Shown: positions 43,515 through 53,929, counted from the first letter of the stretch. The stretch: 64,000 bases of DNA from Desulfomicrobium sp. (GCA_040768745.1 JAXGMI010000001.1:640001-704000), one strand, 5' to 3'. The notes: a model not told the origin generated them from the sequence alone. Program-made: numbers and translations.

Positions 43515-44984
43515 ATGCAGGCCAAGGATATGACGCATACTCCAATCGGCAACTCCTACTGGATCATTCCCGGCAGATTCCTGGCCGGAGAATACCCCCG
43601 CAACTTCGACCACGAATCCTCTGTCCCCAAGCTGCAGGCCCTGTTGGACAGGGGTATCCGCGTCTTCATCGACCTGACCACGCCAGAGGACGGCCTGGCG
43701 CCGTACCGGGACATGCTGCGCAAGCTCGACCCCCAGGCCAGTCATCTGGTGCTTCCGACCCGGGACGTGAGTGTTCCGGACCGGCGCGAGACCACCATCG
43801 CCGTCCTCGACGCCATCGATGCCGCGCTGGCCCTCGGCAAGGGCGTGTATCTCCACTGCTGGGGCGGCGTGGGCAGAACCGGAACCCTGGTCGGTTGCTG
43901 GCTGGCCCGACACGGGCTTACCGGGGATACGGCCCTGGCGAAGCTGGGGGAATTGTGGGGGCAATGCTCGAAATCGCGGGAGCGGCAGGCACCGGAGACG
44001 CGGGCCCAGCGGGACTACATCCTCGCCTGGCAGGAAAACCCGCCGGATGATGGAGCGGGAATGCTGTCCCGGGCCCAGGGGTGCTTCATGGGCCAACTCG
44101 CCGGGGATTCTCTGGGCAGCCTAGTGGAGTTCACCCCCGCCGCCGAGATCCGCAGGCTGTACCCGGAAGGCGTGCGTGCCTTGGCCGACGGCGGCACGTG
44201 GAACACCCTGGCCGGTCAGCCCACCGACGACTCCGAGATGGCCCTCATGCTGGCCCGGACCTTGATCAGGGACCGCCGCTTCGAGCCCGAGGCGGTCAGG
44301 AAGGCCTACCGCGACTGGCTCGACTCCAGACCATTCGACTGCGGCGGCACCGTCAGGTCCGGCCTGCTCGGCACACCCAACCCCCACAGCCAGGCCAACG
44401 GCGGCCTCATGCGCATCAGCCCCCTGGGCATCTTCGGCGCCCACAGACACATTTGGGACGTGGCCGAATGGGCCTCCCAGGACGCGGCCCTGACCCATCC
44501 CCACCCCATTTGCCGCCAGGCCAGCTCCCTCTTCGTCATGGCCCTGGCCCGAGCCATCCGCTCAGGCTGCCCACCATCCACCCTCTATGCCGGCATGCTC
44601 CTGTGGGCCGAACACATGAACGCTGAACCGCCCCTACGCGGCGCACTCCTGGACGCTGCCATCACCCCGCCCGCCGACTTCCAGCGCCAGCAGGGCTGGG
44701 TCCTCGTCGCCCTGCGAAACGCCCTCTGGCAGCTCCTCCATGCCCCGAGCCTGGAGCAAGGCGTTGTCGATACGGTCATGCGCGGCGGAGACACCGACAC
44801 CAACGCGGCTATCTGCGGGGCGCTCCTGGGCGCGGTCCACGGATTGGAGGCGATTCCCGCGCAATGGAAGGAAAAAATCCTGCACTGCAGGCCCGAACCT
44901 CGCCCGGGGGTAGTCCGCCCCAGGCCAGAAGTCTTTTGGCCGGGAGACGCCTTGGAACTCGCTCAACAGCTTATGAAGGAGTGA
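43515..44984 (+). CDS. protein-tyrosine/dual-specificity phosphatase - ADP-ribosylglycohydrolase fusion (alternative start 43530)
   Basis: HCWGGVGRTG (CX5R) then AGDSLG, PTDDSEMA, ANGGLMRISP, GGDTDTNAAICGALLGA. Confidence 0.88.
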   Translation: MQAKDMTHTPIGNSYWIIPGRFLAGEYPRNFDHESSVPKLQALLDRGIRVFIDLTTPEDGLAPYRDMLRKLDPQASHLVLPTRDVSVPDRRETTIAVLDAIDAALALGKGVYLHCWGGVGRTGTLVGCWLARHGLTGDTALAKLGELWGQCSKSRERQAPETRAQRDYILAWQENPPDDGAGMLSRAQGCFMGQLAGDSLGSLVEFTPAAEIRRLYPEGVRALADGGTWNTLAGQPTDDSEMALMLARTLIRDRRFEPEAVRKAYRDWLDSRPFDCGGTVRSGLLGTPNPHSQANGGLMRISPLGIFGAHRHIWDVAEWASQDAALTHPHPICRQASSLFVMALARAIRSGCPPSTLYAGMLLWAEHMNAEPPLRGALLDAAITPPADFQRQQGWVLVALRNALWQLLHAPSLEQGVVDTVMRGGDTDTNAAICGALLGAVHGLEAIPAQWKEKILHCRPEPRPGVVRPRPEVFWPGDALELAQQLMKE

Positions 44985-45299
44985 TGGTCTCCAGAACGAG
45001 GCGACAGAAGCGCAATGCATTGACCGACTGGAACAGCAAAACCGTCCCCGTAACCATCAGCATGAGCGGCGAGAGGGCTCTTGCGCACTCCCTTCGACAA
45101 CCTGGACCCGGCGTCGATCTCTTTCAGCCCCCATTGATCTGTCTTTCCCGAAATCGAGGCTTCTTCGTCCCCAGGGAGGCAATCTTAACCAGAAATCTCT
45201 ATTTTTCGATGGCTTGGTTTTACGGGAAGGCTACAGACGAGATGGGCGAAGCTGCCAGAAAAAGTGGCAAAAAATTGTTTGAGTATCAAGCAAATCAGA

Positions 45300-45332
45300 A
45301 AGGGTTTACCGCTTTTTGTACGATAAACCCTT
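45300..45332 (-). terminator. hairpin downstream of tRNA-Thr
   Basis: AAGGGTTTACCG-N9-CGATAAACCCTT, 8 nt from the tRNA CCA end. Confidence 0.55.
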
Positions 45333-45340
45333 GATTTTAT

Positions 45341-45416
<76 letters not shown>

Positions 45417-45507
45417 CAAATCGTGGAAATGCTTGATATACGCGGCCTCCTGGAGCGTCAAGGCATTTTTTGAGGTGGTCTAGAAGACCGCTTCTGACTA
45501 ACGGTAA

Positions 45508-45775
45508 GCCAGGGAACGGTTCCGTCGTCGTGCTGCCATCGAGCCAATCTTCGGCCACCTCAAGAATGATCACAGGATGCTGCGCAATTATCTCAAAGGT
45601 CACATCGGCGACTCCATGAACCTGTTCATGGCCTGGGCTGCGTTCACTTTCCGGAAGTTCATCCGGATTCTGTGTTTTTTGTGCCTCAAATTCCTTGGAC
45701 ACCCATTTCGACCCAATGTTCAGCCTGTGCAAGCATGGGCCTGACGTCGCGTATTAAGAGCTTTTCAGGATCGAC
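45508..45775 (+). pseudogene. IS5-family transposase C-terminal remnant with right end
   Basis: start-less frame RRRAAIEPIFGHLKNDHRMLRNYLKGHIGDSMN ending TGA 45742-45744, followed by CTTTTCAGGATCGAC. Confidence 0.75.
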
Positions 45776-47333
45776 TAATCCCAAGCTTTGCCATCTTTCT
45801 CTGCAGCGATGAACGTGACAGGCCCAGCATATTCGCGGCCCCCTTGGGCCCAGATATGACCCCCCCGGCTCTCTCCAAAGCATGCATGATGTGCCTCCGT
45901 TCAATATCCTCGAGACTTGAATTTGAGCCGACCGTCAATACGGGCGTGACAGCCGGCACTTTGGACTCGGCGAAAGCAATGACATCAGTGCAGAGCGCCT
46001 CCTCGATATCGCTTTCGGTCAAATCCCCGGAGATGCTCTTTTTGATGAGCAGCGCGTTGATGACATTGCGCAGTTCCCGGACATTCCCCGGCCAGCTGTG
46101 CTGTCCAAGCCTATTTAGAATACGCCGGGATAACTGGATTTGCGGAAGGGAGTACTGCTTCGAGAGGTGGGTGACAAAAAAACTTGACAATGCGGGAATG
46201 TCGTCAAGGCGCTCCCGCAACGTTGGAATCTCCAGGGTGCAGGACGAAAGCCTGTAGTAGAAGTCACTGCGCACCTGGCCTTTGGCCACTGCATCACGCA
46301 TCTTCACATTCGTCGCGGCGATAAGCCGGGTGTCAACGGACAGGGACACGCTCTCGCCAACCCGCTCGAAACAGCTATCATCAAGGACATGCAGCAGCTT
46401 GCTCTGCATCTCCTGGTTCATTTCGGCGATTTCATCCAGAAACAGAGTGCCCTGGTGGGCCAGCTCAAAACGCCCGACGCGCTTGGTGGCAGCGCCGGTA
46501 AAAGCACCCTTGGCGTGCCCGAAGAGCTCGCTTTCGAACAGTGTCGAGGCCATGGCCGGACAGTTGACCTTCACAAACTGCATTTTGCGACGCTGGCTGT
46601 GGCAGTGGATGTAGTGCGCCAGCCTCGTCTTGCCCGTACCCGTCTCCCCCAAAATGAGCACAGGTATGTCCAGAACGGCCACCGCATGGACCCTGGCCAT
46701 GAATCGGCGCATGGCCTGACTTTCGAAAAAGAATGTTTCGCATTCCCCCCCATCTCCGCCAAAAGGCAGCTGGGTCAGCGCCGATCCCTCCTCCAAGTGT
46801 TCCATGCCGAGGAGTGTGCCCAGCCCCGCTGCCACATAGGGCGAAAGCTCGAGCAGAAATTCCATAATCTCGTAAAGATTGTCCGGTTTTTGCCGGAAAG
46901 AGCAATGCAGGGTCCCTATGACCTTGTCGTTGAGTATCAGCGGAAACGCCATTGTCGTGGTCAGACCTGCCTCGGCCATGGGATGCAGCATGTACTCGGC
47001 GAAATGCCGGGAAATGTCCGTGATAACGACGGGTTTACGGGAGGCGATTACGTGCCCGGCCACGGTGGCCTTCTCCGCCTTCCTGATAGGTGAGAGTGAA
47101 TTGACGACCGCACCCTCGGCGGCAGTGAAGTAGCTCAACAGTTCACTGTTCGAGTCATACAGGTTGATACACAGCCGGTCATAATCGAACTGCTGACGAA
47201 AAAGGCGAGCGAGGGTCTGAAGAAAGATATTCCGAGACGTCGCCTTCGCCAGCGAAGCGATGAGCTCCCGGGCCAGTCCCTGGGCGTTGGGCAGCTGTGC
47301 TGCATGCGCGCGGTGGGTTTTGACGGAATCCAT
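45765..47333 (-). CDS. GAF-domain sigma54-dependent activator (FhlA/NifA-like)
   Basis: GAF, GETGTGKT, ESELFGHAKGAFTGA, WPGNVREL, C-terminal HTH; GGGGAG RBS. Confidence 0.92.
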   Translation of the reverse strand: MDSVKTHRAHAAQLPNAQGLARELIASLAKATSRNIFLQTLARLFRQQFDYDRLCINLYDSNSELLSYFTAAEGAVVNSLSPIRKAEKATVAGHVIASRKPVVITDISRHFAEYMLHPMAEAGLTTTMAFPLILNDKVIGTLHCSFRQKPDNLYEIMEFLLELSPYVAAGLGTLLGMEHLEEGSALTQLPFGGDGGECETFFFESQAMRRFMARVHAVAVLDIPVLILGETGTGKTRLAHYIHCHSQRRKMQFVKVNCPAMASTLFESELFGHAKGAFTGAATKRVGRFELAHQGTLFLDEIAEMNQEMQSKLLHVLDDSCFERVGESVSLSVDTRLIAATNVKMRDAVAKGQVRSDFYYRLSSCTLEIPTLRERLDDIPALSSFFVTHLSKQYSLPQIQLSRRILNRLGQHSWPGNVRELRNVINALLIKKSISGDLTESDIEEALCTDVIAFAESKVPAVTPVLTVGSNSSLEDIERRHIMHALERAGGVISGPKGAANMLGLSRSSLQRKMAKLGISRS

Positions 47334-47382
47334 GATACTCCCCCAAAGGCTAGATATCGGCCAAGGCCTGAAGCACCCGCAA

Positions 47383-47402
47383 TGTGCCCGGATTCGGGCA
47401 CA
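47383..47402. promoter_or_regulatory. palindrome, candidate activator binding site
   Basis: TGTGCCCG-GATT-CGGGCACA; extra half-site CGGGCAC at 47414-47420. Confidence 0.45.
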
Positions 47403-47765
47403 CTGTCCATCATCGGGCACCAGTTTTAAAAGCGCTTTCGTTGAAGCTTAAAAAATCTTGAGTTCTCAGCGTATTAAAATTTTTGCGCACGCAGCATTTT
47501 CTGGAATGTTCCTTGCATGTGTCACGAAAAGCGCATCGGAACGGATGCATGATTCCTGTAAAGAATACTTTATTTACAGATAATAAACGTATTATTTTCG
47601 AAGTTGATTGTTTTTGTCTCTTTTTAGAAAAATTCAATTCAACAAAAAAGATCAAAATCACTTTATACAAAAAGTTAGAGGCAGATCGAGCAAATAATTC
47701 TATTCAATGTTGAGTAGAATTTTTTGAAACTCGATTTACATTATTAACAGTTTTAGGAGGCATAC

Positions 47766-48050
47766 ATGGCTATCGATTTTTTGGTTCACGAAGCTGCGGA
47801 TGGCGTTGGCGTAGTGGTCATTGAAGGCTTGAAAGCCAATCAGGAGATCACCGGATGGGTCATGAAAGAAGACCAGACCGTCAAGATCAAGATTCTCAAT
47901 GACATCCCGATTGGCCACAAGGTGGCCTTGAAGGATTTCGCGGTGGGCGACACCGTCTTCAAATACAATACCGACATCGGCAAGGTCGTGGCCCCCATCA
48001 AGAAAGGCGAACACTTGCACGTCCACAACGTCAAAACAAAGAGGTGGTAA
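47766..48050 (+). CDS. suyA: (R)-sulfolactate sulfo-lyase alpha subunit (UxaA-family SAF domain)
   Basis: IDFLVH..VGVVVIEG..TGWVM..IPIGHK..HVHNVKTKRW closely resembles recalled SuyA sequences; AGGAGG RBS. Confidence 0.82.
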   Translation: MAIDFLVHEAADGVGVVVIEGLKANQEITGWVMKEDQTVKIKILNDIPIGHKVALKDFAVGDTVFKYNTDIGKVVAPIKKGEHLHVHNVKTKRW

Positions 48051-48053
48051 TCC

Positions 48054-49214
48054 ATGCAGACCAAATTTTTCGGATATCGTCGTGAAAATGGCCGTGTCGG
48101 CATCCGCAACCATGTCGTGATCCTGCCCCTGGACGACCTGTCCAACGCCGCCTGCGAGTCCGTGGCCAACAACGTCAAGGGCGTGCTGGCCATCCCCCAC
48201 GCCTACGGCCGCCTGCAGTTCGGCGAGGACCTGGACCTGTATTTCCGCACCCTGATCGGCGCCGGAAGCAACCCCAACGTCGCCGCCGTGGTGGTCATCG
48301 GCATCGAACCCTTGTGGACCAACAAGATCGTCGAAGGCATCGCCGCCACCGGCAAGCCTGTCACAGGCTTCGCCATCGAGAAGAACGGCGACCTGAACAC
48401 CATCTGTGCCGCGTCCCGCAAGGCCAAGGAATACCTGCAGTGGGCCACCGAGCTGCAGCGCGTCGAATGCGACGTGAAGGAACTGTGGGTCTCCTGCAAG
48501 TGCGGCGAGTCCGACACCACTTCCGGCATCGCCACCAACCCCACCGTCGGCAACGCCTACGACAAGCTGTATGAGAAGGGCTCGACTCTGCTCTTCGGTG
48601 AAACCACCGAACTGACCGGCGGCGAGCACCTCGTCAGCGAACGCTGCATCAACGAACAGGTCCGCAAGGACTTCCAGTTCTACTTCGACCGCTACGCCAA
48701 GGTCGTCGACGACCACAAGACCGACGACCTGTCCGACTCCCAGCCCACCAAGGGCAACATCGAGGGCGGCCTGACCACCATTGAGGAGAAGGCCCTGGGC
48801 AACATCCAGAAGATCGGCCGCAAGGCCCCCGTCGTCGGCTGCCTGGAAAAGGCCGTCGCACCGACCGGACCCGGCCTGTGGTTCCAGGACTCCTCCTCCG
48901 CCGCCGCGGAAATGCTCACCCTGTGCTGCGCCTCCGGCTTCGTGGTCCACTTCTTCCCCACGGGCCAGGGCAACATCATCGGCAACCCGATCCTGCCCGT
49001 CATCAAACTGTGCTCCAACCCCCGCACCCTGCGGACCATGGTAGAGCACTTCGACGTCAACGTCTCCGGCCTGCTGCGCCGCGAAATCAACATGGACCAG
49101 GCCGGCGACATGCTCCTGGACATGATGATCCGCACCTGCAACGGCCGCCTGACCTCTTCCGAAGCCCTGGGTCACCGTGAGTTTATCATAACCAGGCTGT
49201 ATGAAAGCGCGTAG
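48054..49214 (+). CDS. suyB: (R)-sulfolactate sulfo-lyase beta subunit (UxaA family)
   Basis: [62 protein letters not shown]. Confidence 0.82.
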   Translation: MQTKFFGYRRENGRVGIRNHVVILPLDDLSNAACESVANNVKGVLAIPHAYGRLQFGEDLDLYFRTLIGAGSNPNVAAVVVIGIEPLWTNKIVEGIAATGKPVTGFAIEKNGDLNTICAASRKAKEYLQWATELQRVECDVKELWVSCKCGESDTTSGIATNPTVGNAYDKLYEKGSTLLFGETTELTGGEHLVSERCINEQVRKDFQFYFDRYAKVVDDHKTDDLSDSQPTKGNIEGGLTTIEEKALGNIQKIGRKAPVVGCLEKAVAPTGPGLWFQDSSSAAAEMLTLCCASGFVVHFFPTGQGNIIGNPILPVIKLCSNPRTLRTMVEHFDVNVSGLLRREINMDQAGDMLLDMMIRTCNGRLTSSEALGHREFIITRLYESA

Positions 49215-49270
49215 GGCTTTCCCCCCAGGGCGTCTCTCGCCCTGATGGGAATTTCCCTCTATTTAGCAAA

Positions 49271-49295
49271 GCTGGGGCGGCCGTTCCGCCCCAGC
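49271..49295 (+). terminator. hairpin after suyB
   Basis: GCTGGGGCGG-CCGTT-CCGCCCCAGC; no U tract. Confidence 0.5.
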
Positions 49296-49338
49296 CGCAC
49301 CGAAACAGACGGCATTGAGGCTCGCCGCGGAGAAACGC

Positions 49339-49599
49339 ATGCTCCACGTCCCTGACTCGCTTTACCAGCCCATAGAAGTTACCCCCGAGGGTTTCTTCAG
49401 CTCCCTTGCGAAAATTCTCCAGTCAAAAATCGGCTGCGACCGCGTCAGCCTGACCATCTACGAATCCGCAACCGACTCCCTGGCCTGGTTCGCCAAGGCC
49501 GCGGGCATCTGTGTCACATGCATGGACTCAGGCGCCGCACTCGGGCTCATCTGCGGCGAAATCGGTACTAACAATTCAGTTTTCAAGATAGCACAATAA
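49339..49599 (+). pseudogene. truncated GAF-domain regulator N-terminus
   Basis: GGAGA RBS; FFSSLAKILQSKIGCDRVSLTIYESATDSLAWFAKAAG aligns by eye to the GAF of the 45765-47333 protein. Confidence 0.6.
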
Positions 49600-49686
49600 C
49601 TGCGTATAAATAAGGAGGAGATTCAACTCTGCAATGAAGGATAGCATCGTCATCTTTGTGAAAAAAAAAACGAAAACGGAGGCATT

Positions 49687-50664
49687 ATGCGGTTTAAAGC
49701 GATCTTTTTAAGCACCCTGGTTTTTATTTTCAGCATTGGAACAGTACATGCAGCTGGATTCCCCACTAAACCTATCAATCTTATTGTCCCGTTTGGTGCA
49801 GGAAGCACAACTGACCTCGCAGCACGATCACTAGCCAATGCCGTTAAAGATATGCTCCCTGAACCCATTGTTGTCGTCAACCGTCCTGGAGCATCCGGGA
49901 TTGTAGCGGCAGCATCTGTAGCAAACTCTCAGCCTGATGGCTATACAATGCTCATGTCCAGAGTAAGTTGCAACGGAGCCGTACCAGCACTGAACAAGAA
50001 GACTCCCTACAAGGTTGATGATTTTACATTTGTTGGTATTACTGAATTGAATCCTTTTGTGATTTGTGTACTCGCCGATTCTCCATATAAAACATTGGAC
50101 GACCTGATAAAAGCGATCAAAGAAAATCCTGGCAAGCTGTCCTTCGGCACCTCAGGCGCCCTTTCAATGCTGGACATCGTTGGAATGATGCTTCTTGATG
50201 CCGCAGGCCTTCCTCAGCAAGCCGCAGTCTCAGTACCATATAAGGGCGATGGGGATGCCAAGACCGCTCTTCTTGGGGGGCATATACAATTTATACCCAA
50301 TAACCTTTCACCCATGGCTGATGTCATGAAGGCAGGCACGGTTCGCGCTCTGGCAGTGACAACAAAAGAACGCCTTGAAAACTTTCCAGACGTTCCAACT
50401 GTTGCTGAAGCTGGATATCCCGCTTTGTCCGGTGCAGTGGGATGGTCAGGCTTCTTTGGTCCAAAGGGCATGGATGCAGAAACTGTCAAGGTGTACGCTG
50501 AAATGCTGCAAAAAATGAAAAACGACCCTGAGTGGTTGAAAGCTACCAAACTGCTTGGCGCTATTCCTAACGTATTGACACCTGAGGAGTCGAAAGCCTT
50601 CGTCATGAAACAGTATGCGGACTTTGAAGCGCTCGGCAAGAAATTGAATATTATTGTCCAATAA
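49687..50664 (+). CDS. tctC: tripartite tricarboxylate transporter substrate-binding protein (TctC/Bug)
   Basis: signal peptide; FPTKPINLIVPFGAGSTTD, VNRPGASG, PDGYT, VPYKG, PDVPT. Confidence 0.9.
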   Translation: MRFKAIFLSTLVFIFSIGTVHAAGFPTKPINLIVPFGAGSTTDLAARSLANAVKDMLPEPIVVVNRPGASGIVAAASVANSQPDGYTMLMSRVSCNGAVPALNKKTPYKVDDFTFVGITELNPFVICVLADSPYKTLDDLIKAIKENPGKLSFGTSGALSMLDIVGMMLLDAAGLPQQAAVSVPYKGDGDAKTALLGGHIQFIPNNLSPMADVMKAGTVRALAVTTKERLENFPDVPTVAEAGYPALSGAVGWSGFFGPKGMDAETVKVYAEMLQKMKNDPEWLKATKLLGAIPNVLTPEESKAFVMKQYADFEALGKKLNIIVQ

Positions 50665-50673
50665 AAACATATT

Positions 50674-50703
50674 CATGGCGCACGGATTCATCCGTGCGCC
50701 ATG
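50674..50703 (+). other. 14-bp perfect inverted repeat between tctC and tctB (probable mRNA stabiliser/attenuator)
   Basis: CATGGCGCACGGAT-TC-ATCCGTGCGCCATG. Confidence 0.6.
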
Positions 50704-50752
50704 GGTGCGTTACCTTTGTTTGTGCGACTTTACAAACTAGAAGGAGCGTTTT

Positions 50753-51262
50753 GTGAATAAAACTGTTGATATAACTGTTGGGGCTGTGTTCGCCATCATA
50801 TTTCTCGCAATGCTTTTCATTGTAAACCCTTGGGCAATTGCAGTGCCAACTGCATCAGTCACAGAGGTTGGATCTGTCACGCCGCGTTTTTTTCCAAATT
50901 TAATTTGTATTTTCGCATTTATTTTTAGCATAATTACAATAGTATACAGTTATAAATTTGCTCATTACGATAGTAATGAAAAATTCGATGTTTTAGATTT
51001 TAAAAATAAGGAACATCTCCATACTTTTTTGACACGTTTAGCAGCAATGACGTTATTAGTAATTTTTCCTTTCATTGCTGGCTCCTTAGGCATAATAGTA
51101 GGAGGAGCTATTTTATATATTTTATTTGCACTATTTTGTGGAGAAAAAAATTGGTTAAAAGCTGGTCTTGGTTCTTTAATTTGCATTGCTTTGCTTTACT
51201 ATTTTTTTGTACATATTGCTGATATTCCTATGCCGTTAGGTTTTATAGAAAAGTTTTTGTAA
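50753..51262 (+). CDS. tctB: tripartite tricarboxylate transporter small membrane subunit
   Basis: PRFFP and C-terminal PMPLG motifs, several TM segments, position in operon; very AT-rich. Confidence 0.82.
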   Translation: MNKTVDITVGAVFAIIFLAMLFIVNPWAIAVPTASVTEVGSVTPRFFPNLICIFAFIFSIITIVYSYKFAHYDSNEKFDVLDFKNKEHLHTFLTRLAAMTLLVIFPFIAGSLGIIVGGAILYILFALFCGEKNWLKAGLGSLICIALLYYFFVHIADIPMPLGFIEKFL

Positions 51263-51302
51263 TTTTTAATTATTTATATTGAGGTGCAAAAAGGGGTTTG
51301 AT

Positions 51303-52064
51303 ATGATTGAACAACTTTCTCAAGCTTTTTTTCTAGCATTTACATGGTATAATTTGTTTCTTATGTTTGTAGGAATGCTTGGCGGAGTAATCATAGGTGC
51401 ATTGCCTGGCTTGACTGGAACCATGGCCGTTACCCTGGTATTGCCTTTCACATTTCATATGCAACCGATTCCTGCTTTGTTGCTCCTCGTCGCTATATAC
51501 AAAGGAGCTATGTATGGCGGGTCTATTTCTGCGATTTTAATTAAAACCCCAGGGACAGGAGCCGCTGCGTGCACTGTACTGGACGGCTGGCCGATGGCAC
51601 AACAGGGCAAAGCAGGCAAGGCACTGTTCATGGCGCTTTATGCTTCATGCATCGCAGACTTTATTTCCAATCTTTCCTTAATTTTCTGTGCTGGCCTCAT
51701 CGCCAGTTTTGCATTAAGCTTTGGGCCTCCGGAATTTTTTCAACTTATCTTTTTTTCGCTGACGATTGTAGCCTCACTGTCTGGTGAAAACATGTTCAAA
51801 GGTCTGATTGGTGGTTGTATCGGTCTGCTTTTATCCACTGTTGGCTTGGATATGGTCTATGGGACAGATCGTTATACTTTTGGAAGCGTAGACCTCATGT
51901 CAGGAATCAGTTTTATACCTTTGATTATTGGCTTGTTCGCCATCCCGGAAATCATCAAGGCATGCACCGGAAGGCCACCTCAGAAAGAACACGTAATCAG
52001 TGTTGGCGGCGACAGAGTAACCATGTCCGAGTTCAAACGTTGCTTCAAGACCACCCAAGTTTGA
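51303..52064 (+). pseudogene. tctA: TctA large membrane subunit truncated by IS1634
   Basis: GALPGLT, YGGSISAIL..PG, LDGWPMAQQG; about half the normal length; final QV-stop is encoded by the IS end. Confidence 0.9.
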
Positions 52065-53929
52065 CAGCAATATCGAGCTTATTTGTTTAAAATTAGGATA
52101 TTATCGCTTCGGCGCTAGTTGGAGTTTACACTACATTTCCTTTTTCTCCACGGGTCGGGATCGGCGGGACTCCCAGAGCACGCAGGATCTTTTTCTGCGC
52201 GTCCGTGGGGCGACTAGGAGTCATCAGCGTCTCCTCTCCGACCATGATCTCCCCCATCTTGATCTGACGCAGAAGGCGGATGGCTGTCGGCACAGACACT
52301 GCCATTCCTTTGAGCTTGTTGCGCATCCAGCGCTCTAACTGCAATGCGATCACGCAGACAAACACATGTGCCCTGATTCGCTCCTCAGTCCAGTGATACA
52401 CAGGGCGTAGTTCCAAGGTGCTTTTGAGCGCTCTCCATCCCCGTTCAATTTCAGCAAGCTCTTTGTAATGTTTGATAATGTCTGCGCATGGTGCATCCAT
52501 GTCGGTTGTTTCGAGAAGCAAGACGCCATCGATCTTTTCCTCCCAAGCCCTGCGTTTCCTGTGGGCCTTGACGATGACCTGATCCTGAGTGAGCGCAACT
52601 TGGAACAATGAGAGCAAGCCCTTGTCACGCAGGTAATCCCTGATGCGGTCGTATTGACCCTGTGGGCTTGGTTTGCGTCCCTTGCCTGACCTTGGGGCGA
52701 GTATTTCCCGGATCTTGGCATCGGCCTTGGCAAGGCGCTCCTGGCGGTTCGCCTTGGTTTCGGCTGCGATCTTCGGAGAATAGGCCATAACGAACCGGAC
52801 CCCGCTGCGAACTTCCTCGACAATCTCCTCGTCCTGCCCATTAAACGAGATCTTAAGACGCAACGCCTCGATCACGCTCCGCGCCTCCTCTCCACGACGC
52901 AATGGATGCGCCACGATGAAGCCGAATTCCTCGGCCAGCAACGTCTCGAGATTTTGGTCCGAGAGCATTCCCCTGTCCCCGACAAACACCACGCTGCGTA
53001 GCTTGAAGCGAGTCTTCAGATCCTTCACCACCTCAACCACAGTGGTCTTATCCACGGTGTTCCCCGGAAAGACATGGTGGCAAAGCGGTATGCCGTCCTT
53101 GCCCATGACCACGCCGATGGTGATTTGGCGCCGATCAAACCGGCCATCGCGACTGTATCCGAAGCGCCGAATGTCATCCTCCACCAACGATCGATCCCCG
53201 TCGAACCATGTGGAAGTGATGTCATAGAAGAGCAGGTCGCCTTCCCAATGCGCCTTGGGCATGAAGCGCTTGGCTATCAAGGGCTCCAAAGCTTCCTTCG
53301 CATCCAGCAATCTATCCATGGCGCGCAGGAGATGGTGATAGGCCGGGCGGTGTTGCTCAAATCCAGAAAGCCAGACGCCATCGAGCCAATCCAGTAGCGC
53401 CAGTTTGGAGCACGGATCGCAGAGTCGATTGACGATCAGCAACTTGATCAGTTCAGCATAATCCATCCCGGCCCCGGTCTTTACTCCTGCACGGGCCAGG
53501 GCTTTGGAGAGTCCCAGGATTTCCCAGAGATGTTTGACCGCGTGAACATGTCCGAAATCACGTGCAAACGTGAGGAGCGGCGGTCCAGTCTGAACCGGGT
53601 CTCGACCGAGAGCTTTCTGGAAGCCAGCGATGAGTCTCTCGACCTGGTCTTCGCCCAAACTCTCGATAGTGCCGAGATGAGCCAGGATGCGTGTGCGCGG
53701 AGATCCGCCTTTCTCGGGATCACGGAAAGATTCCGCGATCTGAAGATGGCGGTAGACTTTGTCGCCTCGTTTCTGCTTGGCTATTCGTACAAACATAAAC
53801 TACGAGTAGCATTATTATTCATGAATAGCAATGTTTATGTCTATTTTGTACGTACTACAAATCGGATATCAAAAATCAATATAAGTCATAACTTCGAGAT
53901 GTTAGCCTCAAGTTGTTGTCAAACTTGGG
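52054..53929 (-). mobile_element. IS1634-family element (1876 bp)
   Basis: terminal IRs CCCAAGTTTGACA(G/A)CAA; single 556-aa transposase; no flanking direct repeat. Confidence 0.88.
52126..53796 (-). CDS. IS1634-family DDE transposase
   Basis: NRLCDPCSKL, FYDITSTWF, GYSRD, VGDRGM, IERGWRALKS..LRPVYHW..RIRAHV. Confidence 0.9.
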   Translation of the reverse strand: MFVRIAKQKRGDKVYRHLQIAESFRDPEKGGSPRTRILAHLGTIESLGEDQVERLIAGFQKALGRDPVQTGPPLLTFARDFGHVHAVKHLWEILGLSKALARAGVKTGAGMDYAELIKLLIVNRLCDPCSKLALLDWLDGVWLSGFEQHRPAYHHLLRAMDRLLDAKEALEPLIAKRFMPKAHWEGDLLFYDITSTWFDGDRSLVEDDIRRFGYSRDGRFDRRQITIGVVMGKDGIPLCHHVFPGNTVDKTTVVEVVKDLKTRFKLRSVVFVGDRGMLSDQNLETLLAEEFGFIVAHPLRRGEEARSVIEALRLKISFNGQDEEIVEEVRSGVRFVMAYSPKIAAETKANRQERLAKADAKIREILAPRSGKGRKPSPQGQYDRIRDYLRDKGLLSLFQVALTQDQVIVKAHRKRRAWEEKIDGVLLLETTDMDAPCADIIKHYKELAEIERGWRALKSTLELRPVYHWTEERIRAHVFVCVIALQLERWMRNKLKGMAVSVPTAIRLLRQIKMGEIMVGEETLMTPSRPTDAQKKILRALGVPPIPTRGEKGNVV

